A DNA stretch of 64,000 nt from Piromyces finnis finn (lineage: Eukaryota > Fungi > Neocallimastigomycota): assembly GCA_002104945.1 (NCBI GenBank), contig MCFH01000024.1, positions 682,001-746,000 of the forward strand. The letters are read 5' to 3'. The translations under genes were made by a program, and so were the position numbers. Shown here piece by piece: positions 29,205-42,600 of the stretch (its first letter is position 1; each line of letters begins with the position of its first letter). A model generated the notes under the pieces. That model was not told the DNA's origin, made no database searches, and saw only the letters and a program-made list of their open reading frames with translations.

Positions 29205-29245
<41 letters not shown>

Positions 29246-32200
29246 GAACTGTTTTTAAATTGTTTATATTTGTTATTATTTTTTTTTTTACCTTAATTGG
29301 AAGTTTTTAATCATCATAATGATATCACCCATTAACAAATATTTATTCATATTAATAACTTCATTTCCATTTTCATCCATTTTTACACTTTTATTTGCTT
29401 CATCAATATATAGTAAGTCTCTTAAAAACACACCTCTATAAAATTTTAATAACATTAATAAAAAATTTTATTATTAATAAAATAAATTTTCTTTTTTGTT
29501 AATAGAAACTTACAAATATGGTACACAAGGCAATTCACTTTGTCTTAAAGCTACTCGGTATGCAGCAAATGATTTTTCCGAATTCATAAGCGTTTCCAAT
29601 TCCTTGTATTGGCGAGCACATGTTCTATTCTCAAGTATTTGTCTGGTTTGTTTCAATCTTTGAATTGAAACGCAATTTATACCAGCAATTATTGCCATTA
29701 ATGTATTGTAGTTGTTATAGTTTCTAAGATGCTTTTGATAAAAATTAAATTTTAAAAATTTTTATTATTAGTTTTATTATACATCACTATTAATTTATTC
29801 ATAACTTTTTAATTTAAAATGATTATTTCATATATATAATATATAAATATATATACCTGTGCAATTTTCATAAATTTTCCTAATACCTTGGCTCTATGTT
29901 TTGCTTTCTTATGTTCAAGAATTTGAGTAGTAACCCTAAAGTAATATATAATTTCAATTTAAAAATTATATAATTATTATTATTATTATATTTATTTATT
30001 TATTTATTTGTTTAAAAATACATAATGAGATAAACATTACCATGATGAAATAAAGTTGAAATGTTCAATACTTGCAGCAACAAAAGAAGATTCCATTGAA
30101 TTTTTATCTCTTTTACCCCAAATATGCTGTAACAAATCACGAGGTCTTATTCTTTTAAATATTTCATATTCAATAAGACAAAGTTGTTGAGCAATTATTG
30201 TATTGTCTTGATTTAATATAAATTCAGAAGGATCAGCCATGGACATCACTGATGGATCTGAACTAAATAAAGATTTCTTGAAATTGATATCATCATTGCT
30301 ATTAATACTGCTATGAGAACTATGATAAGAATGACGACTTTCCTTTCCTTTCACTGATGTATTTTCATTTTGATTAAGAGTATTATTTGATGATATTCTA
30401 GATAGAGATTTTGTTTCATTCGTATTATTGTTTGTTGTTGAAGATCTTTTACTATTAATATTATGTGATACTTTGTTCATTTTTAAAGCATCATTTATTG
30501 ATAGAAGCTCATTCTTTAAGCACAAATAGTTTTGTTTAAAGACAATAAAGAAAATATATAAAAATGAAGTTTTATAAAAAATAAAAATATTTTTTAATAC
30601 ATTAAATAATTTTTATATTCATTTATCAAACAAAACTGTATTTTTATTTACATTATTTAACGAGTCAAATGAAGTATTAGAATTCATTTCCTTGGTGGGT
30701 TCATCTCCATTAATATTAGGTTTCACTGTTCCCGTTGATAATGTTGAATTATTAATATTATTAACTGTAATCGTATTGGAAGAAGTATCTGTTGATGCTA
30801 ATGGGTCAATAGATTTAGGTTCTGACTCATCAATATCTGGAATGCCCCATGTTATTTCATTATCATTAATAATTGCTGGTTGACGGTATATTAAATTTTC
30901 TAGTTTAGAACAAAGTATAGAAAAAGATGGACGACAAGAGCAGACATCTAAAAATACTTGCAAAGTAAACCTCATCTTTGGATTTTGGAAATCTGACCAA
31001 TATTCTGATATCCAATGAATTAATACATTACAAACTCTATTGTTTTATAATAATTAAATTTTTAATGAATAGGTGATTATTTTTTTTATATAATCAATTA
31101 ATACTATTATATTTCATATATTTAACAATTATAATAATCAATTTAGTTTAAGAAAAGTTGATAAAATAAATAAATTACCTAAGTTGTACAGGATGTATAG
31201 TTGAACTATTTTTATTTTCTGAGCTATCATATTGTTCAAAACGATCCATCAATAAATCTAATAATTCGCTTGGTCTTAAAAACTTTCTATAGAAAATTAG
31301 GAAAATTTTGGTAAATTCAATTTCTATCATAATTTTAGAAATATATTAAATTTTACATTTTTAAAAATAAATATATTAAATATAAATATTATTAATACTT
31401 ATATATATAATAATGTATAACAAAAGAAACATTAATAATAAATAAATAATATATAATTTATTACCTTGTGTTCCTTTAGATGTCATTCTTTCGATTAATT
31501 TATTAATAGAATAATTATTTTCAGTTTGTAATCTAAATATAAAATTAATAATAAAATATTAATAAATCTAATTTAAAAATTGACAATTTATTAATATTTT
31601 AATAATTACCCAGAATTCTTATAATTTTTAACAATATCACCTTCATGTATTTCATCGTTTCCAAGATCTCTATGGTTAATAAATTCAAGTATAAACGGTC
31701 AATATAAATATTTATTAATAATCCCATCATATTAAATTAATATTAATAAAATATATATTATATAACTTACAAAATATCAAAACCATGGATATTAGAGCCC
31801 TTTGGAATTTTCAAAGAACGCATTTTCATATTCATTAAAGTCTTTCTCCTTATATTTTCTTGTTCTTTTGATTCAGATTTATCAGATATATCACGTGGTT
31901 TAGTATCTTGAATATCCTCAACCATTGCTGTTATATAATAGAGTTAATTTAACTACTTCTTCTACCTATTTAAAAATTGTCGATAATATATGTAATTTAA
32001 TTATTTAAAAAAAAAACTTACTGTCAATAGTATCACTATCAGTTGATATAGAATTAATAACAGAAGAAGTTGAACTATTATTAGTAGTGGTATATTCAGT
32101 TTCACTTTCATCATCAATAGATAAACGATAGAAATTAGCAATAGGATACATCACAACATCTGAATCATATTGAAGTTTAGTATTTTTATAATTTCCTTCT

Positions 32201-33184
32201 TTTTTTAATATTTCTAAAGGACTATATATTGGTTGGAAGTTATTTCCTTGTTTTGATTCAATAACAACTTTAAAAAGATATTAATAATATTATTATTATA
32301 ATTCCTTATTAATCCATAATATAGTTTAAATAATTTTATTTTTTATTTACATTCAGTATACCCACCTTTATTCTTTATAAGCATTTCAAGAAAAACTTCA
32401 AAAAACATTTTTACTTGCTCTTCTATGGCTGCTATGTTAAGTTCAATAAATGGAATATTAAATATTTGTGCAATTTTAACACCAGCTTTACGTTTAATTT
32501 CTCTTCTTTGCTCATTAGTATTAGCTTTACAACCAACCAAAAATGTGGATAATGAATTTTTTGCAAATGCAGCTATTAATATTAATAAAAAATAGTTTAT
32601 AAATAAATAGAATGTTTTTTAAATTTACAAATTTAATATTATATTTTAATATTAATAATAGTAATATTGATAATAACTAACCTAAAGCATCCGTGATACT
32701 AGTTAAGGAAGTTTTGTTTGTTACATCATAGCATATTATAACGCCATTAATAGAATTTGGTAACTGAATATTTATTTATTTTAAATTATAAACTTTTTAA
32801 CATTTAATACTATTCATTTTATTTACTTAAAAAAAAATAATAATACCTTTGCCCATGTTATTTCCCCATTTTCACACACATTTTCATCTATCTCAATAAT
32901 ATTAATAGCATACTCGTAGCAATTTTTTAATATATACAATGTAGTACAATTGGTATTATCTAGATATATTTATAATTAGAATTTCAAAATTTTTGTTTTA
33001 GTATTAGTAATTAACCCTTTTATTAAAAAAAAAAAAGGTATCTGCTAAAAGTTAAAGAAATTTATTTATATTTACTCTCTGGAATATCGATTTTTTGGTA
33101 TATATTTTTCAAAGTATTTACAACTGTAGTTTTTCCTACACCAGGATTTCCAATTATTACAACATTATATATTTCACTATTCAT
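28973..33184 (-). CDS. RasGEF (REM/RasGEF_N + CDC25 domain) with an N-terminal Ras-like GTPase domain, multi-exon
   Basis: MNSEIYNVVIIGNPGVGKTT (P-loop), GVIICYDVTNKTS, FLVGCKAN. REM: INKLIERMTSK...FTKIFLIFYRKFLRPSELLDLLMDRF...RVCNVLIHWISEYWSDF. CDC25: IAQQLCLIEYEIFKRIRPRDLL, HFNFISSW, NYNTLMAIIAGINCVSIQRLKQT, LPCVPYL|GVFLRDLLYIDEAN, ending SLKLEPRVQK*. Confidence 0.9.
29205..29245 (+). repeat. (ATT)n microsatellite in a RasGEF intron
   Basis: Continuous ATT run. Confidence 0.9.
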
Positions 33185-34104
33185 TATAGCCGTATATTTT
33201 ATTATTTTATTTAATAAAGAAAATTCTAAAACTTTATAGATTTTTTTGTAATATTTTAATAATAGAGTATAACTTCAAAATTTAAAATAGGATATATTAT
33301 TAAAGTGAAATAACCATTTTATGTTTATGGTTATTAATATATGGTATAATATTGTGGACTTTTTATTAAGATATATAGAAATAAAAAAATGATTTTTTTG
33401 TATTAAAATATTGAAATAAAAATTATTTTTATTTTTACTAAGTTATATGTGATATGAATATAACTAAGGATTAAAGTATCGTTTTATAAATTGAATTATG
33501 CAACAGATAATATATAATTTTAAAATAGGAATAATTTATTTTATTGCTTGCGATTGAATGTCTTTATTGTTTTATTTAATATTTAATTATTGTATATGTA
33601 AATTGAAAAAGTGTTGATTAAAATAAAAATGAATGTAACTTTTGTTTCTTTATTGAATTAATAATTAAAAAAAAATATTCTTTATAACTTAAAATAATTA
33701 TAACTGATGATAATCAAGTATTAATGATAATTCTTCCTATGATATATAAGAAAAAAAAAGTATATATATATATATATAAAGATCGAAATTTACTTTTAAA
33801 CTTTTTTTCAATTATCAATTTTTATACACTTTTTCAATATATTATTTATTATATAATATACTATGTATAATATATTAATGTATAATTCGTTGATGGTACA
33901 ATATTAGATTTTGATATAAATGAAATTATATTTTTTTTGTGTAATATAAAAAAAGTTTAATTAATAATATTCTAAATTTTTATCCAAACCAATAAATTAA
34001 TTATAATAAAAATAAATATAAATAAAAAATATGTTAAATTGAAAAGAAAAAAATAATATATAAAAATAAAACTTTATTTCCTAATAAACTTTTTACAAAA
34101 TGAG

Positions 34105-34240
34105 CATACAGTTTAAACAGAAAATTCATACAAAATGATATATTAAATAAATGGTAATAGTTTTGAGTAGAAAATTCATGAAAAATGGCATTGATATACT
34201 AAACAAGCTATAATAGTTTTAAATAGAAAATTTAAAGTAT
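34105..34240 (+). repeat. Degenerate triple tandem repeat (about 50-55 bp spacing) in intergenic DNA
   Basis: Cores tacagtttaaacagaaaattcata, taatagttttgagtagaaaattcatg and taatagttttaaatagaaaatttaaa at about 34106, 34156 and 34211. Confidence 0.5.
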
Positions 34241-34693
34241 ATAATATTTAATAACAACAGTAAGATTCAAAATGTAAATGAATATTAATATCAATATAAT
34301 AGAATGTAGAATAATTCTACTGTTTTTCGGTTAATAAAAAGAGAGGGGAAAAAAGAAAGTTATTAATTATGAAAAAGAAAATATATATGTATAAAAAGAA
34401 AAGCACATTTTATACTTTATTAAAAAACAGTAATATAAAAACATGAAATTCTAACTACAACATCAAAATAAATTATAAAAAAAAAAAAAAACATATTCTT
34501 TATTATGAGCATAAATATAATTTTAGTACATAATATTCTTTATACTATTATTCTCAAGAAAATTAATAATATAAAATAAATGTCATAAGCAGAATAATAC
34601 ATTATACTACAAGAATTTGATATAAAGATAAAGACAAAATGAATATAGAAATTTAGTATTCCTTATTAACCGCAAAATCTTTATTTTTACATT

Positions 34694-34740
<47 letters not shown>

Positions 34741-36658
34741 TTAATCTTATTTTTAATTTTTATAAATATATTCTCAATTAAAAATTACATATGTTATTGG
34801 TTATTCATTATATATTAAAATATTAAAATACAATAATATTAAAGAACTTTTAAAAAATTAAAAAAAATTTTTAATATGAATAAAAAAGGAAATTTCATTT
34901 AAATTATTTTAAAGTTAAAAAATTTCAAATTTACCCACAACAAAAAATTTAGAAATTTTAAGTAAAAATAAAGGTAGGAAAAAAAAACTTTTTCAAAATG
35001 CAATTTATACATAAAATATTTATATATATGTATATATTATATAAAAATCCGTGAAATGAGCTAATAATGCTTTAACGAATTATTTGAAGCACCATATACA
35101 GGTCATTAGCAATGAGTTTTTATTATGATTGTATATTATTATTCGTTCCATCGATTATATTATAAATATAGGATAAAATTAATCTCATAAAAATGCTTTT
35201 GACTGATTGTTTTTCTAACATATATTGAGTTAAGTTTTATTAATTATTATATATAAAATATAAACAAACTCTTTTTTTCATATTTAATTTATATAAATAT
35301 GTTTTAAAATTTTTTGGAATAAGAGGTTGATTTAATTATCATTAGATAGATTAGCTATTAATAAAGTGATACTACAATTGTAATTCAGTTAATAATCATA
35401 ATAAAATAAGAAAGTAAATTTGGTAAAATAACAATTAATATTACTATAACTATAAAAATGGTTATTTATTAAATAATAATAGAAAATATAGTAAATAATT
35501 GAAAAATATTTTTTATTTTTATTTTTTCATTTTTCATGATTCCATAATATTTTTATTCATGAAAATAATCCCTAACCCTAGATAATAAGATAATATGATG
35601 ATATGTATTTTTATTTTAAATTATGTTTGAGGTAATATGTCATTATAGGTAACTTATAGCATGCTATTACTGCTTAAATTAATAATAAAGAAATAAATAT
35701 AATAAGTAAATTAAATTTTAAAATATTGTTAATAGTATAAGCAATAGATATTTTTTTCAATAAATGATATTTTTGACTATTACTTTAAAAATTATAGTAT
35801 ATTTGAGAAAAAAATTATAAGGCTAGGCTTTGTGTTAAAAAAAAAAAAGGACGTAATAATTATAGATAATATAATAATCATGTCTAATCTTTTTTTATAA
35901 TCTTAATTAGGATTTATAATTAAATATGTAGTATTATCTTTCTAATTCTATTATTTTTCTTTTTTATTACTTCAATATATATTATGCTTATTGTTGTATT
36001 AATCTAAATTATAAATTATGATATATTTATATTGATAATTGAAGTATATATCTGAAAAAACTTTGGTATAAAAAAACTAAGCTTGCATTATAAATTATTT
36101 TTATTGCCTTTTTTATATAATAATATAATAATAAAAATCTAAAAACTATTTGTGTAAGTTACAGTTAAAATTGTAAATTGTTAAAGAATTTTAAAATTTC
36201 TAATAAATATTTTAAGAGAAATATCTTTTTTTTTATAGTTATATTTTTATTTATTATATATAATATAGGCATTTTTTAATTATTATTTGAGTTATAAAAT
36301 TTAAAAAATATAAAAATAAAACTTTTAAAAATCTAATTTAAATTTTACTATTATTATAATCCTATAATTTTTTAACATTTGCTTTGCTAGTATATGTATA
36401 TATTATTGTTTTTATTCTGAAGAATAATAATTAAATATATATTATTTTTTTATAAATTAGAAATATTTTTTTATTTACTCGTTTACTACAAAAACAAAGA
36501 AAACCGAATATTATGTCATAACTTATAATATGATAAATAAAATAATATACTCATAAACCTCATATTATCAATAAATATTTTATAATATATTTTAATAAAT
36601 TTATCCATTCATACCTCACATTTAATATATTCTTCTCCTTATTAAAAACAAATACAAT

Positions 36659-39600
36659 ATGGGTAATAATGAATCAAACATATATGAAAGTGAATATAAT
36701 GAAATCTTAAATTCGAGAAAAGGGAGACATGAATCCTTTAAATTTGACACTGGGAAAAGAACATTTAGAAGAAAATCAAGTACATTTAGTGTTATTAAAG
36801 TTGAAAAAACAAATGATTATGGAAATATATATATGGCAAATGATATTGACTTTGATAAAAATTCCCACAAGCTAAGACCAATATATTCCAATTTAGAATT
36901 ATTAAAATCTGATGATAAGAATTCAAATGAAAATTTGAATGAAAATCAAGGTGGTGCGAGTTCCAATAATTATGAAGGTTCTAATAATAATGAAAATTTA
37001 AATATAAATAAATTAAGGAATTCTGAAGGTGAAATTAATCATAAAAAAATTAATGAATTAGTGGAAACTTTTATGGTATTAAAAAATTGAAAAAATAATA
37101 ATTATTATTAATCTGATTTATATTTAGTATAATTAAACATCATAATATAAATAATAATATTTAATAGGATGAAATCAATCTTTCTCAAGATAAAAGAGAA
37201 GCTATTAGAAACATGTCAGATGAACAAAAGGTGCTTATGATTAGCTCACAAAGTAGTACTTCAACTGTATGTGTTTCTTTGCATTAAATACATTAATGTT
37301 AATCAAAATTATTATTTTAAAAAATATATATATATATACCATATAATTATATATTAGGAAATTTTATTTACTTTTATTTTTTATATTTTATATTACAATT
37401 TAAAAATAGAGTAATAGTGACAGAAAAGAAGAAGATGATGCTTTAAAATATATTCAAAAAATAAAATTAACACCAACATTGGAAGTTATTAAACATCTTT
37501 CTGTTTTACTTAGAACAAAGCCAATTAAATGGATAAATGATTTTGTTAATAATAAAGGTTTATCCATCTTACTTAGTAATTTAAATAATATTCAAACTGA
37601 AAGATCATCATATGAAGCAAAGTAAAATTTAAAATTAATTAAATAAATATACTAATACGAATAATAACAATAAAAGCAATAAAAATAATAGTTAATATAT
37701 TTATATTAAATGCTAACAACATAATTATATTTTAATTATAAAATTATAATTAGTATTGAGATTGAAGAAATATATATTAAATGCTTGAAATGTATTATGA
37801 ATAATAAGGTATAAATTTTTTTTTACTTATGGTACTAACAGTTTTATTTTTTATAATTATGAGAAAGATAAATATGAATATATGGGTATAACTAATATAT
37901 ATTATTTATTTTTTTAATTCAATAACAGGTCGGACTTCTTTCTATTATTCATTCAAAAGAATTTTTACCTATTATTTCAATGTCATTATATTCATCATCA
38001 CCAAAAACACAAGCTCAGGTTTTAGAAATTCTTAGTGCAATATGTTTCATTGAAGGAGGGCATCAATGTGTCTTAAATGCTCTAACAGAGTTTTCTGTAA
38101 TAAATAATGAAGTTTTTCGGTTTGAAATTATTTTTAGATGCTTAGAGTCCACTCTTAGAAATGCAAATGATAATGCCACTTATTTAACTAAAAAAGAACT
38201 TCAGGTAATTTATTTTTATTATTAGTAAATTAATTAAATGAGGAAATAATCAAATTTAATAGTACAAGGAATCTATATTTATATCTACATATTTTTAATC
38301 ATATTTTATAATACTAAAACTAATCAATAAATCAATAATAGTTGGCTTGTTTTTCATTCATTAATGCTATAATTTGTGGTATTCCAGATGAGAATATTGT
38401 ATTCAGAATGCATATAAGATATGAATTCATTACTCTGGGTATTGAGAGAATTATTAGTGTAATTATCATATTAATAAATTACAGTTATTAAATCAAAATC
38501 TAATAATCAAAAAAATTAATATTAAAGAAAAATTTCATAATACATATATTTTATTTACATTATATAGACTATTGAAGATATTAATGATGAAAGATTTTCT
38601 AATATAAAGAGACAAATTTTGATTTTTAAAGATTTAGCCGAAAGAGATGAGAAAGAAACATATTCAAAATTCACTGATTCTTCATTCGATATCAATAATC
38701 CTGATGAAATTTATGCTGTATTAAGAACAGGTTTGGATTCATCTTCATGTTGGCCATATTTTGTTGATATTTTAAGACACTTTTTGGTTATTCCTGGTAA
38801 TCATGAAACAAGGTATAAGAATAAAAAAACATTTTTTATTAACACTTTTTATTATGATTATTTCTTATATTATACTAATTTTTTAAATTATTTTTTACTG
38901 TTAAATAAAAAGAATGAGGTATTGGTTGATCATTTCAAAAATAATTAATCAAGTTATTATTCAAGAAGAAAATGGAAATCCTGATCCTGATAATGATCTT
39001 ATTAATATTAATATGAAAAAACTACTTCACGAAATTGGTATTTCAGAGAGAGCTAATGAAGCTATTGAAGAATTGAAAAAAGCTCGTGAAGCCTACAAAA
39101 AGAGAGAGAAATATTATGAAAATAGAATTAATACTTTAATAAAAGAGAATAGTAATAATTATTATAAACATATAAAAAAAATATTTATATTTTATTATTA
39201 TAATTTTATTTTAAAATATTTTAATTTCTAATTTTTATTATTCATTTCTTCATTAATAGATGAATATAAGGATTTAAATAAACAGTTTAATAGCATTTTA
39301 ACAGAATTACAACTTAATAACATCGTCGAAACAAATAAAAATAATAAATTAAAAATTAATGAAAATACTGTTAACGGAATTTTGCTTATTAATGATATAA
39401 AAAACAAAAAATCTGATGATGAAAATAATAATAAAAGCAATCTTTATGAATATATAAAATATACACCAATTCTAAGAGAGTTAGAATCATTGAAAATAAT
39501 AGAAAAGGATGATGAAGATAACTATCATATTATTAATAAAGATGGAATTAATAAAGCTAATATTGAAAAAGAATGTGAATCTAAGAATAGTATTGACAGT

Positions 39601-42600
39601 ATTTTAGATCAGTTAGAACAATACAAAATATCCAAATTTAGTATATTCAATGATGAAGATAATCAGGAAGCTAAATTTAATTATTTAATTAATGATATTG
39701 TCAATAACTTAGTCCATATGAAAATTATTAATAATGATAAAGAACACAATAAATATGAAGTTATAAATAAAGAAAAAATGGAAATTCTATTAAATACTTT
39801 AGAAAAGGCATCAATTATTCAAAAAAATAAAAATGGAAATTATTATTTCAATTCTTCAAACCAACCAGAGTTACTACTTTCAAATAATTCTCATAATGAG
39901 CAATTAAAAGTACAGATTTATGTTGAAGATCCAATAACTAAATCTATAGACATTAAGAAAATATGTAATGATGTATTATCCATGTTTTCAAAATGTGTTA
40001 CACTTGATGAAGATAGTTTAAATAATATCAATACGCAAGTTATATATAAAAGTCTTATCAATGTATTGAAAGTAATGAATCTTTTAGTTTATGAAGAAAA
40101 TCAAAGTTTCTTAAAGATTGGTGATACTAAAAAGTATTTAATTGATGAAATAAAAATAAAAGAAAGTATAATTGATGTCCTAAAATTATGCAATGTATTA
40201 GAAAATCCTGATAAAAATACAAAAGAAAGTATAAAATCCATGCAACATTTAGATATTATTCAGAAACATATTATCACTATAATAAAAAATAATCTTGTTT
40301 CTCTAAATAATAATGACTGCTTTCAATTTGATGTTAATGAATTATATAAAACAATTCTGGATTTATTAATGAAAAAAGAAATTATATATATGAAGAATGA
40401 CATCTATAAAATTAACACTATAAATAACTCGATTAGTAAAAATGAATTAATAGAAAAAATATTCGAATTCTTAACTGATAAAGAATTAATTACCAAAGAT
40501 AATGTTGGACAATATACTACTTTAAAAAAAACGATAGAATCTCACCAAATTAATATAAATAGCATTTGTGAAAGCATTATAAGTGTTTTAGAAGATTACA
40601 ATTATTTAACAGAATTAAACGACGGGTGTTTCAATGCTAATATTAAAAATAATAGTTTCTTCTTTATTGACAAAAATACATTATTTAAAGCTATAGTGAA
40701 TTTATTAACAAATAAGCATTTGATATATATAAAGAATAATGAGTATATGACTTCTAATGATAGTTTACAAGAATTTCCTTTAGATGATATATTTAATAAC
40801 ATTATTAATTCATTAAAATTTAGAAACATTCTTAAGATTAATAATGATAATGAAGAACAAATGGTGTTAAATCTTTCTTTTAATAGTAATGAAGAAATAT
40901 CAAAAAGTATTATTTATAGCAACATTAAGAATATGTTAATAAATAATAACTTATTGATAGAAGATAATAATCAATTATTAACACATGAATACATTATTGA
41001 AAGCTGCGCAATTTGTAATAATAAAATTAATTCAATATTAAAAATATTAGATTCATTAAAAATAATAAATTTGGATAAGAATAATTCAGATAATATAAAG
41101 ATTGTAAAGATTTTCAATAATAAAAATGAAATTTCTAATATTATTGAAATAATATTAAAAAAATTAATAAAAGAAAACAGAATTAATAGTTATAAAATAT
41201 TCTATGATAATGAAGTAATTGTAATGAATAAAGAGGATATAGAAATGAATAATGTTATAAAAAAATTATTAGATATTGGTCTAATTGATTATGATGATGA
41301 TAATAACTTTAATATACATATTAATAAGAAGCAAAATATATCAAATATTGAAAATACATTGATGAATAAAGATATGGAATTTTCATCAAGTTCTCTTCTT
41401 AGTACAACTTCTAAATGGAACGATGATGATGACGTATTATTAGATGAAGTTACAATTAAAAATTTAATGAGTAATGGAATTGTAAGTCTAGAAGATATTG
41501 TTGAAAAAATGATTACTTTATTAAAAGATAATTATGTTATTGACATTCCAAATAACAAAAATGGTTACATCAATATTGTTAATGGTATTATTCTGAATAA
41601 AAAAGAAACATTGTATTCTTTAATTGATTTCTTAATTGATAATAACCTATTAACATACGACAATGAAGGTAAACACTATCTAAGTGGAAAAACACATTAT
41701 AGTATACCTTTTAACAAAGATACTTTTAATGAAAAGTTCATGAATGCACTAAAACATTCTAATATGATAACTGAATCTGATCAGGGTGCTATTTTAAATG
41801 TAGATACTAGCAACTCAAGTATTATGATTGACATTTATACATTAATAATTGATATTATTGACCTTCTAAAGAACATGAATGTCATTAGTGTTAGTGATAA
41901 TAATAAAACCACATATATTTTAGATAATAATAAAAATGTAGATAAATCAACTATTAAAACTATTATGGAACAATATATCAAAAAATATAATCATCTTGCT
42001 TTGGAAAGTTGTGAAGCCAATAAAATTATAAATTGTGTAATTGATATTATGAAAGAAATAAATATCATTTCATCAATTGATTCTAAAAACTTTTCACTGA
42101 ATATGCCAACTATTTATGATTATAATTTTGATGTTATATTATTAATAAAAGAATTATTTAAATTTATTGAAGACTTATTAGGAAATGATGAAAAAGATAA
42201 AATATATAATCTTTCAATTGATATTATATTAGAACAAAACAATTTGAATAGTAATAATCTTGAATTATTAAAGGATAAAAAATATAGAATTCCTTGCAAA
42301 GAAACAAATAACCTCAAAAAAATAAATGAAATTTATATTCAATTTATAAACCATTTAAATGAAAAAAATATAATAGAATTTAATAATAATAACTATCAAT
42401 TAATATTAAAAAAGAAGACAATTAAATTTACTAACATTTTCAATTTATTATTAGATAAATTAGTAAATGAAAATGTTTTTGGTTTAAATGATAATGTATA
42501 TTATATAAAAATAAATAAGAATGATGCAATTGATATGCCTTTCATAAAGAAAAGTATTTTCAAGTTATTATCAAATAAAAGATCAAACATAACACTTTCT

